Shown here in pieces: positions 34,285-47,287 of a stretch of DNA of 53,687 bases. The stretch spans positions 62,001 to 115,687 of the forward strand of contig CAUYUJ010000300.1 in assembly GCA_963575745.1 (NCBI GenBank), read 5' to 3'. Origin of the DNA: Prorocentrum cordatum (lineage: Eukaryota). The stretch's first letter is position 1. Each line of letters begins with the position of its first letter. The translations under genes were made by a program, and so were the position numbers. Under the pieces are notes generated by a model. It ran no database searches. It worked only from the letters and a program-made list of their open reading frames with translations, and was not told the DNA's origin.

Positions 34285-36466
34285 CTACAGCCGCCCCCCG
34301 CCCGCTGCACTCGGAAGGGGAGACATGGGCGAGGGCATTGGAAGGCGGGTTCGCCCCAGCGTCCGCGGCACCCCGAGGTCCTGATTTTCGCCAGCGACCT
34401 TGCTCAAGCACTCCTCGGTCGCCGCCAAGTGGTCCAAGAAGGTTGTCACGCACCCGCCCAACGCCCCCTCCTGCCGATGACGTGCGGGGCGGGATAAGAG
34501 GGTAAGCGATGGCGTCAATTGGATAGCGAATTGGGTTCCGGTTCCCACTCCCTCATCTCTTGATTATAAATATATAATAACAGATATAATATATAAATTA
34601 ATCCCAAGTTTAATCTTAATCTAAACATTAATATAGACTATCATTTTTTTGAAATGCAACAATTAATATAAACTTTAAATCACCAATCGATTTTATCATA
34701 TAATAAATATAAATATAATAATAAGATAATATTATTATATTAACATTATTTGTTCTATTTTATATTATGATTAACACTTATATAATCACGTCAAATCGCT
34801 ATTCTAATCATCCTCCGAACATATTAACATAATTTCTCCATTAAAAATTACACAATTAAACCTTATTAATCTTGAAACTTGTTTAAGAATCTATATATAT
34901 ATCTGGCCGCCCTCACCCTTCGCCCACATGACCTCATCATTTCCCAGATGTCCCTCCTCTCTCTCCCTCCCCCATCATATCTCCATTCCGTCTCCTCCTC
35001 CTCCTCATCCGCCTGCGCCCCTCCAGCCTCCCACCAACCCCCAGCCCTCCGCCCCTATTATTCTCCCCCGTTGCCCAGGGCTCCTCGATCTTGGAGGCTG
35101 TCTCCCTGATCTTTTTGGCCTGCACCCTCCCCTTTTGCCACCATCTTGTTCGCGATCTTCCTGCCGATGGCGCTCGTCATCTTGTTGCCCTTTTTTGTCG
35201 CCTGCTTGATCACCGAGGTCTTGTCTTTGTTGCGCTTCTGGCTCATCTTGTCCTCTGCCTTGGCGAGCTTCTTCTCGCACGCCTGCTTCTCCTCGGGGCT
35301 CAGTGCGAACCCATGCAGGAGCAAGGAGAAGCGGCGCCGCCGCCAGGGTAAACAACCGCAGAGCGCCCCACACTCGCGAGTTAAAAACCGCGCTGTCGCA
35401 CGAGCTACCCCCACGCCTCCCCCTCGGGAATGGGTTGTGTACCGCATCGCTCTTGGCGCCCTGGTGGCGGCGGCGTCGCTTCTCACCCGCCCGCTCATGG
35501 GGGGCAGTTGCTACGCGCGCTCCTTGTCCTTCCATATGCTGGCAGTGACTTTCGTGTCCTCCATGGGGGTGAAGTATCCGTCGAGCACGGCCTGGGTGCA
35601 TCTCTGAACGACGATCGGCACTCCATCTGGCAGCAGGCGAGATGCGCCCCACCCCTTGCCCAACCGAGGGAGCCACAAGCTGATGATGTCCACCGCGTAC
35701 GCCGCGCGCTGGCCCTTGATCTTCCTCGGCGCAGGCCCGACGCAGCCACGCATGTGGATGGCAGGCGGGCGGAGGCACAGGAAGAGGGACATAGAGGGAA
35801 GGGGGGGGGCAGGACAAGCTAGGGGCGCACTCGGCGCCACAACTGACATCCTACCACATCCACCCCCCCATAGTGCGATGACCCCCCATCGGCTTGCCGA
35901 GGTGGGAACGCGCCCGCGCCCAGCGTTTCGCCAGCGCGAAGCTTCGCAGCTAAGTCGCCCCTCAAACCATCCCCTAATCACGCGCGCGGCAACAGGCGAC
36001 GCAACGCGACGCGCGGCCTGGCGCCTCCGCCTATGGCAAGGGCGCCACAGCTTAACGCCATCGCCCTGGGCGGGGGCGCCGCGCGAGCCGCCCCTGGACA
36101 ATGCGCAGCATGGGCGGCAGTCGATCTCGCCGCCGACGCACGCGCCGCCCGCCAGGTCCCATGAGCGGCGAGCCAATCGCTCCATCCAGGGTGGCTGAGG
36201 GCGACCCCGTCTCTGGGCGATATCGCTCTTCGGGCGCGCGGATTGCAGCGGGGTGGGCTCAGCGCGGGGCGCGGCCGTGAGCTCAGACGGCGGCGTCGCC
36301 CAATTGGCGTCTTACCCGTCGTCGCTTACGACCCCACTGAAATGACAGCGCCACGTTGGCGCTTAGCCCGCAGGTGGGCGGGGCGGGGGGCAGGGGGCGC
36401 CAGGCGGGCGGGGAGGGGGAGAAGGCGCGAAAGCCTGATGAGACTATAGGGGAGTCGGATGAGGAA

Positions 36467-36497
<31 letters not shown>

Positions 36498-39134
36498 TGA
36501 GGCAGGGAGGGCAGGGGGGAGGAGAAAAGATGAGCTGTTATTTCTTCGCCCTCCTCCCCCGTCTCTCTCCCCCCCCACCCCCGACGCCCGCCCCTCGTGA
36601 CGTGGGTCGCCCAGCCACACGCGCCGCTAACATATCTCCGCGCCGTTCCCCATTCCATTGCCAGTGAGAGCGCTGCAAATGAAGAGGAGAGGGGGTACCA
36701 GTGCGAGCAAACGGATCCTGAACACTTCGTAGCACACGTGGATGATCTTGTCGTAGTGTGTCGCGTCGCCGCAGGTCAGGTCCACCTCCTGCTGGACGAC
36801 GTGTACTAGGGCGTCCCAGATAGTCTCAGCGTTCCCGAAGCGCTCCAGCGGACTCATCTTCTTGGTCTGGGCGTCCTCGGGGGGGGGAGCGGCCCGAACC
36901 GTCGCGCTCCACCGTCGCGCCGACGTCGCCGCGACACTGGCGACGGCCATCGCCGCCACAGCCGTTGCGGTGACGACTCCGACGATTCGACGAGGGCGAC
37001 AACGACCACAACAAGGAGCAATCCTCCTCGTCGCCCCCCCATGCTTCCCTCCTCATCGGGCTCCTCCTCCGCGTCCTGCCTCCTCCTCCTCACCGTTCTC
37101 CGAGAACGTTGCGCACCCTAGTGCTTCCTGTCCCCTATCCCGTTTGCCTCCGCCGCGGCTCCTTGTAGAATGTCTGGCACAGCTCGTAGCTGTGGTGGGA
37201 CGGCCAGCGCGCGGGAAAGAGGGCATTCGCAAGCTCGTACTTCAAACTGTCCTTGCTACCCTTGAGCTGGCCCTCAATCCACGTGCCGCTCTTCTTCTTC
37301 CGAGCCCACGTGGCCTCTACGACCTGAGTGCTCCGAAAAACCTCAAGCATGGTCGCCACCGTCACGTCCTTGTTGAAGCGATTCCCCATGTAAACAAGGA
37401 ACTCTCGAATCAACATGGCGCACTAGAATATAATTTACTGTTCGGGATGCCGTAAGAGACGCTGTACTGGGACACCCAAGAAATCAGGAACAAGCAACGT
37501 CGACAACGGGGATGCGGCGCATGGGCGCCCGCGGGCCAAACCCAGCAGCCCCCGAGACCTCTGCCCACTCGCAGGCCTTGCCCCAGACGTTGGGGGAGTG
37601 GGGGTGGAAGGGAGGAGGGGCGGGTCGGTGCGATAGGATGAGTGCAGGGCAAGTGGGAGTGAAAGACGGATGAGCGGGAGGAGAGCTGCGCAATCTCCAG
37701 ATGCCCACGTCTACCACCCTTCCCCAAGCGACCCCGTTGGTTGGGGCCTTATTGCCCCTCACACCCAAGCGCGCGCACCCCCTGTTGCAGCTGAGGGAGG
37801 GGGGGGGGGGGGGCTGGAGAAGTTGGAGGCCCCCAATGCAACGTCCTGGACAGCTCTGTTCTCGTTCTTGACGTCGGCTTCCCACGCGCGCCTTGCGCCT
37901 GCGACGGGGCCCCGCATCATGAGAGCGGGCGAAGTGGGGGCAGGAGAGGGCGACGATGAAACGAGCGGGCGATGAAGGGCCAGACGCGCTGGACGCCCCG
38001 CCACATCGCCCCCGCTCCTTTCCCCAGGGCCCATCGCAACATTGCTCGTGCAGGACATGAGGTTCCAAGAATTTTGGCGCGAGCGTGAGGCGCAGATATC
38101 TGACCCCTCGGAGGCAACTGTTTTCCCGAGGCTCCAAGGATGCAAGGGCGCGAGCCACGATGTGATGCAGTCTGCAAGGACTCGTTGCTACCCAATGAGC
38201 CCAGGAGAAACATGACGCATTTAAGAAACGGCGTTGGCCGCGCTGGCCCGCCTAAGCGACCCGCAACTGAAGTTCGAGACAAACGATTCCTGAAGTAGGA
38301 AGGCGCCAGCATCAGATCGGAGTCTGGGCATTCGTAAATATATGAAATATTTAATGACAGCAAGGGGGTGGCACGCTTGGGGCCCAGCCGCTGTCCTTCG
38401 CACAGCGTAGCGAAGTGCTCGGTGTAGAACTTCTCATGCTCATTCGGGTCCTCGTGTTGCGTCACCCACGCCCCGCCCCGCAGCTCGGTCAAGATGCCCA
38501 CCGACTCCACGCTCTTCTGCCTCTGGAGCTGGGAGCTCAGGTCGCCTGCTCAGGGGGCAGATCGGCGACGGACGCTAGACAATGGCAGCAGACGCACGAC
38601 GACATACAATTACGCTTGACCATGACGGATGGGCAAATGACGAATATCCTCCCTCCACCCTCCCCCTACTGCTTCCCCCGTCACTCCCATCGCCTCCTCC
38701 CGCCAAGTTGCCCCGTTTACCCCAATCCGTCTGTCCTCCCCCCCCCCCGCCATCCGTCACCGCTCCAACCCGACAGCCTCCATGAGCCCCCTTGTCTCCC
38801 CCATGCCCCCCACCTTCCTTATAGTTTCCCCCCCCCCTGTCCGGCTTTCCCCCGTCGGCCAACGTCGGCGCCGCTTTCGCCGACCCCGTTGACCTCTCTG
38901 GTTGGCTGGAGAGCGAGCGACGGCCCAGTGGCCCTGGCTGTCCACGAGCTGGAGCCTGTAGTTGGCGTGCACTAGGCACGGGCTCGCATCGATCGCGTTC
39001 GTGATTTCAATATCCAGCGAACCATCTGCGAATATCTCGCGCACGTCGTGGAACGTGCCAGTCGTGTCGAAGAGGTCGGAGGGGCCGCGCCCCGCGCGGT
39101 AGGCAGCAGTCATCGCGATGCCGACGCAGGTCGC
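34285..39134 (-). CDS. Multi-exon hypothetical protein, weak ParB-like segment near the N-terminus, ends approximate
   Basis: Hand-checked in-frame chain ~37422-37162, 36875-36718 and 35724-35523 (GA donors). Further coding-like blocks at ~39134-38935, 38550-38395, 38190-38030, 37930-37847, 35292-35130 and 34470-34285. Confidence 0.6.
34560..34902. other. Extremely AT-rich island within a predicted intron
   Basis: ~340 bp dominated by A/T with abrupt edges in a GC-rich window. No ORF in the track. Confidence 0.9.
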
Positions 39135-39820
39135 CTCGCAGCGGCCGCAGGGGGCAGGGGCACAGAGGCGACCACGACAACGACGACGGCGTCGGCTGCG
39201 ACAACGACAACAATGACGACGATGACGACGCACACGGCGACGACGCCGATAACGACGAACACTACGACGCAGACGATTGCGACGAAAACGAAGACCACGA
39301 CGACGACGAGAAAGGACCCTCGACGAAGTCGACCATGGACGACGACGTCGGCGACGACAGTCAAACTGGAGACGGCTGACGACTGACGCCCCATGCCAGA
39401 CGACTAGGACGACAATGGCGATGACAGCGCCGACTGCGACTACGACGACGAGGCCGACGACTCGGCTACAGCGCACACATGTAATGCAGTGTGTGTGTGT
39501 GTGTGTGTGGGCGCGCACGCCCGTGCGCCGTCGCGTGCGCGCGCAAGTGCACGCTCGCGTTGCACGTGAGACGCGGCGTTCGCAATGCTGGAGCGCGCGT
39601 TGCACACTCGCGAAATATAGAGCGCAGGCGGTGCGTCGCGCGCGCGAGGGGATAAGGATTGTGAGCAGGGGGAAGGTGACGAGAATGATTGCGAGCATGA
39701 CATTTTACATTAGTTGTTGCGTTGTGTGTATATTAATTACATTTTTTTGTGCTCGAGCGAGCGCAAATCTTCATTTCGACAGGCGGCGGCAAGCTGCGAA
39801 AGTGGAAGCTCCCAGAGGGC

Positions 39821-39967
39821 AGCTGCCACGGCCATGGCAGGGCCCAGGGCGGCAAGCCACGGCCGTGGCAAGGGCCCAGGGCGCCAAGCCACGGCCGTGG
39901 CAAGGGCCCAGGGCGGCAAGCCACGGCCGTGGCAAGGGCCCAGGGGGCCAGCCACGGCCGTGGCAGG
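39821..39967. repeat. 32-bp tandem repeat with palindromic core tgccacggccgtggca-like, decaying gccac/gtggc field to ~41150
   Basis: caagccacggccgtggcaagggcccaggg at 39853, 39885 and 39917, plus partial copies. Confidence 0.85.
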
Positions 39968-41467
39968 AACCGCCGATGTGTACCACGGGCGTGGCTGCTC
40001 CAAAGGTGATTTGCCACCGCCGCGGCGTGCCACGAACGTGGCTTGCCACGGCCGCGGCTGCGGCAGCGTCCGTGCCACAGGCGTGGCATGGCAAGCGCGC
40101 GCGTGCCATCTGCGTGGCAGTGACCTGGCCCGCCTGCCACGCGCGTGGCATACCCCCCATGCCGTGTACCACAGTCGTGGCGGCGGCAGCTGCCGCATGC
40201 TACGTGCGTGGCTTGGGCAGCTAGCGCCATGCCACGTCTGTGGCTGAACGCTCGTCTGCCACGGACGTGGCAATGAGCAGTCGCGCAGCCGCGGATGCGG
40301 CAGCTCCCATGGTGCATATGCCACGGCTGTGGCTGTGGTACCTGCCCCATGCCACAGTCGTGGCGCACGCCGTTCGTGTCTGGCCACTACGGTGGCTGCA
40401 TACCGCCCTGTCGTGAACGTATCATTGCGTGCGCACGCTTGCCACGTGCATGTCGTCGTCCCCAGGCTATATGCGCGTCAACGATGTTGCGGCCCGTGTC
40501 CTGTGCCTCGGGCGTTACTCAGGCCGCGCGCCGCGCCATGTCACGCACGTGGCGGCGTCTCTACATGTCGCGGGCGCTGCGCTGCTCTAGCGCGCGTGCC
40601 ACGCGCGTGGCAGCCCCCCTAGGCTACGCGTCATCGCCGCGGCTCTGGCAGCTGCCCCATGCCACAAGCGTGGCACACGCAGCCAGCTATATGCCGCGGG
40701 CGTGGCTGTAGGCCCATTTGCCACGTATGTTGTTGGGCCCGCTGGCCCATGCCATGCGAGCGCGCAATGCCCCGAGCACGCGCTATGGACGCGCCTCGGC
40801 GCCGCGGGCGCGCGCGGCGCAATTGGCCAGATCAGAACGCTATTGCATTTGCTGCCTCTGGCAGCGACGCGAAGCGCCGCGTTTGCGCCGAGGCCTGGGG
40901 CAACGCAAAACACTGTGCGTGCGCCCACGCGCACGCACAACACACCGCGCGCCCACGATGTGCTATTGCACGCAATGTGCACCCGCCGTGGCGTGCACGC
41001 GCGCGGTTGCGTTGGAGGGTGCAGCGCGCGCGCCCTGGCAAGCGGCGCGCGCGTTGCGCTCATTCGCCCGTGCCTTCATCAGCGCGCGCGCGCGTGCCGC
41101 GCACCTGACATACTGCATCGTGCCACCACGGCATGTGTGTGCTCTCAAACGCGCATGCGCAGTTTGAATGTCGCGGTCGCCTTCTGAGCACATGGGGGTC
41201 AGCAGTGTCAGCAGCACCGCGTCGCCCACGCACTCGCCCGACGACAGCTCCTCCCCTGCAACGATAATGTCGTGGGGGTTGAAGACGACGGCCTCGTCGC
41301 CGAGCGCCGCTTCAGCGCCAGTAGTGGTTGGCCAGCCCAAGGATAACGTCAAGGACGACGTGCAAAAACAAAAAAGTGAATATTCATTGACCTTCATGCA
41401 ACTGAGCATGCACCCGCTCGCCTTGCAGCAAACGGCCACAAGGGCCCCGCGGGCTCGCCGAGCCACT

Positions 41468-44226
41468 CTACGGCACGGCGCCGCCACCATCACCGCAGAG
41501 GCGGCACTGGAAAACATCTTCTGGTTCTTCGGCGAAGGGAGCACCGCAGGCCAAGTGCCGCGGCAAGAGGCACGTGGCGCAGACCATCATGTCGCCACCT
41601 GCGCCTCGGACGCCTTCTGGAGGAACGCTGGACAGGCACCAAGAACACTCCATTGCGCCTGGCTGCTGTGGACCAGGGTGGATGGTAGCACGATAGTACT
41701 TCTGCGCTGTCAGACAGCACTCGGGCATGCGAGGCCGCTCGTGCGCACGCACCTTCAACATTATGGCGCCTGTGTCGCGGATGAGCACATCGTGAGGCAT
41801 GTCTGCCATTTGCATCGTCGGCACCACGTAGCCAATGATGTAGATGATGCCCCCACGAGCATCGAGGGCGAGCGGGCGACACACGCCGACGTCCTTGGCC
41901 CACCTGACGAAGATGACCTCGTCAGTCTCACGCATGCGCACAAGGGATATCACGCCAGGCAGGAGCGGGTGCATGTCCTCTGTCTGGTCTCTCTGCAAGC
42001 GCTGCGCTTCCTGAACCGACCTCACCGCGAGCGCGTGCCTTTCCCGCAAGGTTGCCATGTCGACCTGGGGCAGGACGCTGCCGGACGGATTCTCAACGTC
42101 TGTGGCACCCTCGTCCTGTGCGTCTGCGGCGCTGTCGTCATCTGCATCACCAGCGGGGCCCTCGCAGCGCAAATCCTCGTGCCCTTGCTCGCCCAGCAAA
42201 TGGTCAGTTGCATGCTCCAACTCGTGACCGCCTGGATCCACTGCTGTCGCCGCAGCATCGCCGTCGGCCTCGTCGTCCGCATCGGCGTTCAGCTCCCCAT
42301 AGAGCTCGGCGACGACCTCCGCATCGTAGTCGGCGTCCTCGTCTGACTCGCCCAGCTCCCCCTCGCTGCCTGGCAAGGGCAGCGCGCCAGATGCTGATGA
42401 TGATGATGCTGCTCCGTCTGGACGGCCGACATGTCTCCGAGATTTGCGTGAATCGGTCTTCTTCGCAGCTGACCTGGACAGGATGATCGTCTTCAGCGGG
42501 GCGTCCGCTTCTTGCGCCAAATCCAAAGTCTTCCAAATGATTTCCTCCTCAGTAACTGTGATCACAGGGCAGCGCTTCCGTCGGCCGCCGTCAGCTGGCG
42601 CTGCGGTGGCAGGCGCAAACCGAAGCGCCTCGTGCAACGGCTGAACCTCCAAGGGGATGCGCAACTTGAACGACCGCAGCCCAGCAACCGTCATCACATC
42701 ACATGCTGCTGTCCATAAGCACCTCCCGTAGCTCCATGGCGCGAGGAACGCAACAGCAACACCTGGCCCCCAAGATACCACATGAGTCGCAGAGGTGTTG
42801 ATCTGCTTGTAACCATCCAACGCGTAAGCGAGCCGACTCGCGAGATCCCGTGGAGTCTGGTGGGGGCACAACGCGGGCTGGGCGATGGTCGGGGCGTTGC
42901 GCACGTCGACGGCGTCGAAGCGCACGATGTCCGAGTGCTCGGCCTTCTTGGCCTCTGCCATGATTTGTCGGTGCATGTCGGCGAACACGCCTGGCGTAGA
43001 AGGCTCACCTTTTTTCAGCGACATCCGCGCCGATGCTAAGGGAATCTTGAGGTAGGGAGCTCTCTCTGACATAACTTTCAAAATGCTCTTCATCCCCTCC
43101 ACCTCCTGCGTATCGAGCGGCATCGCCGCTCGATGCATGATGACGACGGCGAACAAGCGAGGCGGGCAACGCCCAGAATGTGACGCAGCGCGGAGTTCCG
43201 CCTCGAAGTTCCGCTTCAGCTTCAACGTGAAGTCGTCGAACGGCAGGGTGAGGCAGCACTCGTTCGAGGCCAGGAGGAGGGCCGCGACGCGTTTCCTGTG
43301 GTCGCAAGGCTTGTTGGCGTCCTCGCGCACGAGATGGAACAGCTGGTATGGAAACCCGCCCAGGCGACCGATAACACGATGCTTCCAGGAGCAAGCTTCT
43401 GCCAGGACCAAATGCACGATGAGACTGCGGGCTTGTTGTTGCAGCCGAGGTGTCTGAAGCTTCCCCCACAACGAGCCCCAGTAGTGGTGGTCTTTCTCCG
43501 TTGCACTGGCCAACAAGTTGGAGATCTCCTCAGCAATATCTGCAGCCTTGCCAGTGGTAAGTTGGCTGAGTGGCGTGGGGCCCAGGTACGGCGCGCGCTG
43601 GTCAGCCGCGCGCGCTTTCCTCACTGCATCATTGTAGTCTTTGGTAGCCTTCTGAACCCAATGCAGGAAGTGCGTCAGCGGCTGCTTGGCAACGCTGGAG
43701 ATGAGGACAACAACATGGAACAAGGACGACCCAGTAAATCCAACAGCGTTGCGCTTGTACTTTTTCTGTTCTTCACGGTGCTGCACGTCCTCCGCGGAGC
43801 CTACCTTCACAGAGGGCTTCTTCGCGTCAGCAGCAGCTGGAGGAAACACCTCGGCAAAGACTGGACCAATGAAAGGAGCACCTGCCACGATGAGGGCCTC
43901 GACTGCATCGATGGCGCCCCATCTCCCACGAATCACTCTGCCTGGTACCCGTCCGAAATAATCATTTGCAACCTGAGCAGTGTATAACGACCTCGCAGCA
44001 GCTCGCATCCTCTTCGAAACTCCAGGGCCCCTCCACACGTTGGCCACGGTCGCCACTGCAGCAAAATATTTTGTGTTCAGCCCGCACAGCCCTGCTGGTC
44101 CCACAAAATAAATAAAAAAATAAATAAAAAAAAAAAAAAAAAAAAAAATATAAGAATAAAAAAGAAAAAAAAAAAATAAAAAAAAAAAAAAGAAAAACAA
44201 AAAAAAAATAAAAAACAAAAATTAAA

Positions 44227-44279
<53 letters not shown>

Positions 44280-45838
44280 AAATAACCCAAAAAAAATAAA
44301 AAAAAGAAAAAAAAGCGAAGCGGGCCTTCTTCTTGGCTGCCAGCGCCCACGGGGGTCAACCATGCAAACGCATCTAGTATGGGCAGCATGGTCAAGACTG
44401 CAAGATGGCACTGGTGAAGGAAACAGAACGTCATGGTGAAAGCAACCGTGTTCACGCGTGCAAGGCGCGCCCTGACCATCCCCCCAATGGCCACGTTGTC
44501 GGGGCCCGCGTCTGTGCCAAACACGTACACCGAGACGCGTCGCTGGTCCGTCTCGGCTTCGGTGGCTCGTTGTTCCCAGTCTGGGCAGCCCACTGAATAT
44601 AGCCCCTTCAATCCTAACATGTATGTCTCTGCGCCAGTGCCAAAATGTACTGTTTGAAGATCTGGACAACTGCTGGCCGAGGAGATGACGGGGGCGAACG
44701 ACTCGAAAGTGCTGGCAGTTCCTGCGGCTGGCAATGATTCAGACCGGCATGCCCAAGACGTCAGCAGCTGCGTGTGAATCTTGCTTTTCTCCATAGCCTC
44801 GCTGTTCGTCGCGTCGAACTTGAAGCAGTGCACTTCCATGTCAGCACTCGCCTGGAATTCGCTGTAGCAAATCTTGAGCAGTATTTTCTGTCCGAGCGCC
44901 GCCCTGTGCTCATACCTGACAACGCTGTTGTAAGATCGGAAGCCGCCCCTGTCCTCGGACCCCGCCAACATCGCAAGGGCAGACGAGGCGCTAGCGTGAC
45001 CTGCGTTGCGGCCAAGGGCAATGGTGTAGCCGCCAAAGGGCGACATGTTCTTGGCCCCTGGTCTGAAGTCAAGCTGGTCTCGAAGGCGATGGTATTCGTG
45101 TGTCATGTCTTTGGTAACCTGCAGCAACTCCTGAGTCCGATTCATATAGTATGCTCGGCTCCGCTGCAGGTCTGCGCATTCGGCCTTCATGGCCTCGAGC
45201 TCGCGATCACGACGGGACAGCATCATCTGCAGGTCCACATGCGTATATTCAGCATATCGAAGGAGCTCCAGGGGCACGACTGAATCAGCTGGCTGAGGGA
45301 CTACGCTCACCATCTGGCTGTAGGTATGCACATCTGCCAGCGGCGCCGGTAGCTCACCATGCTCGGCACCTGCGTCCGGCACCGCGGCGCCGAACATGTC
45401 GGGGAGGGGGGCCCACGTTGCCAAGGCGTTGGCCTTCCGTACAGCTCGCCTCCTCCCCATCGGTGCAGGGCCATCAGGCGCGCACGGGGGCTTAGGCGAC
45501 AGCTCGGTGGCGAGTTCGGCCACGTCAGACTCTCGAATGTCCACGCGGCACCAGTGCTTCACCACCTGGGGCAAAATGCTGAGGCTCACCGTGGTGGAGT
45601 CGTAGGAATCCCCGAGCTCAGGGTGCTCTGATAAATAGCTTCTGAATTGTCTTGCGAATCTACGAACTGATAAGCCTGGCGCGTCATCTCCACTAGCTCC
45701 GAACGTCGCCAGGATCATGTGGCAGACGTCCACGTGTCTGAGCCTCCCCTTGGCCAGGAAGCGCCCAAGTTTGCGGTCGCGCGCAACTTGGCACATGTCG
45801 GTCCAAGCTGCATGGGCCTTGTGCCTGCCAAAATCCAT
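41468..45838 (-). CDS. hAT-like DDE transposase with C-terminal PHD-type zinc finger (~1378 aa, 2 exons)
   Basis: Exons 45838-44326 and 44091-41468 join in frame (GAAG|GC…CAG|GG, giving QEEGLCG). Motifs in hAT order: CFKFDATN (D1, ~44815), FGTDAGPDN (D2, ~44511), CFLHQCHL (CxxH), GRWGAI (RW), PLDTQEVEGMKS (E). C-terminal CSWC…CATC…HLAC…FQCRLC is C4HC3. An extra 5' exon is possible. Confidence 0.8.
44092..44325 (-). other. 234-bp GC-AG intron consisting almost wholly of imperfect poly(T)
   Basis: Removing it fuses ORFs 44222..46453 and 41468..44218 in frame. Confidence 0.75.
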
Positions 45839-47287
45839 TCCAGTTGCTCGACCTGCGGGGTCGTCAACAACAATGTTTAAGTAAAGAGAGAGAGAGGGGG
45901 ACGACGAAGAGTAGGACTTAAGACGTAGGACAGGGAGGAGAGAGAAGGGGAGGAAAAAGAGGAGGAGGAGGAAGAGGGGGGGAAGGAGGAGGAGAAGAGG
46001 AGGAGGAGGAGGAACGTTAGGAACGTTAGAACTGGAGAACGCGGGGGAGGACAGCGAGGAGAAGCAAGATAGGGCCGATGAGGAAGAAGGCGAACGGGAT
46101 GGAAGGATGAGAAGAGAGAGGGAGGCGCGAAGGACGCTTCGAAGGTGGGAATGGACGACGACGGGCGACAGCGGGACCGCTGCCGCGCTGCCGCAAGGCC
46201 GCAAGGCGCCTGCTCTGCTCCGCCAGCTGCGCGGACAGGGCCCAGGCCAAGCGCGCCCCCGCGCCTCGCGCGGGCGGAAGTTGAGGTGGCGGGGCGGCGG
46301 GGGAGGAGCAAGCCAGACGTTGGACGACGGGCTGAGGACGACGGGCGACGACGACAGGAGACATGCGACATGCGACAGGCAATGAGCGAGGGTGGACGCC
46401 GACGACGACAGGCGACGAAGAGGGCGACTACTACCGCATGGGCGACAGCACATACAAAGACATCAAGACATCTCAAAGACAGCAAGACATCAAGACAGAG
46501 GGAGAAGAGAGGGAAGCACATGGGAGCAGGAGGACCAGGGGGATTCTGGGCGAGGAGGCGGACGCAGTGGCGAGGAGGATGGCAGGCGAGCAGGAATTGA
46601 GGAGGTGGCGTAAGTCAGGGGAGGTCGGGCAGCAGCGCGAAGATGAAGACGAGCATGAAGAGCTGGAGGGAAGGCAGCAGGAGGGGGACCGTGAGGATGG
46701 CCTTGTCGTTGCCGCCATCGCAGTCGTCGTCGCCAAGCCGCTGCCGTTGCCAATTGCCAGACACCTTACCATTGCTGCGGCCGCTACCTTACCAAGTCAT
46801 TACCGTTGCCGTGGCCGCGGCCGTTACATCGGCCGTGCTGTTGCCGTTGCCGCTGCCAACTGCCGTTGCCAATGGCCGTGGCTTATTGTGCCGTGGTCGT
46901 CGCCAATTGCCGCTGCCGTGGCCGATGCCGTTGCGTTGCCATGTAAGCCGCTGCCGTCGGCCATTGTCAGTCGCCTGACGAGCCTGGCGAGAGGCTCCTG
47001 CTGTGTTCCTCCTATGGCGCCGTTGGCGCGGCGCCGTGGGAGCCCCGTCACGCTGCCGCGAGGTCTCCCTCTAAACGCGCTCGCAGCATTTCAGCGTGCA
47101 AAGTCCTGCGGCAGCGAATGCAATCAATTACCGCCGTCCCTCTGTTGAGCCTCAAGGGGCTGATGATTGCGCGCAGCCCCTGCTGGTCCGCTTGCACCAT
47201 CAGCCCTGGCCACCGGCCGCAAGGGACAACGGAACTGGTTACGGTCGCTGCCGCGTATATTCTATTCACACGTTGGCCCCCCCTCGT

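Noticed and set aside
39821..39967. Palindromic 32-bp repeats as CRISPR
   Set aside because: Head-to-tail with no spacers.
41168..42346. 392-aa plus-strand ORF
   Set aside because: Antisense to the transposase 3' exon, with no recognisable motifs.
44105..44314. Poly-Phe termini of two separate ORFs, or a pseudogenising break
   Set aside because: Better explained as one GC-AG intron that joins the ORFs in frame.
45880..46453. N-terminal ~200 aa of ORF 44222..46453
   Set aside because: Low-complexity purine/pyrimidine sequence typical of introns or intergenic DNA here. The likely start is MDFGRH at 45838 or a spliced upstream exon.
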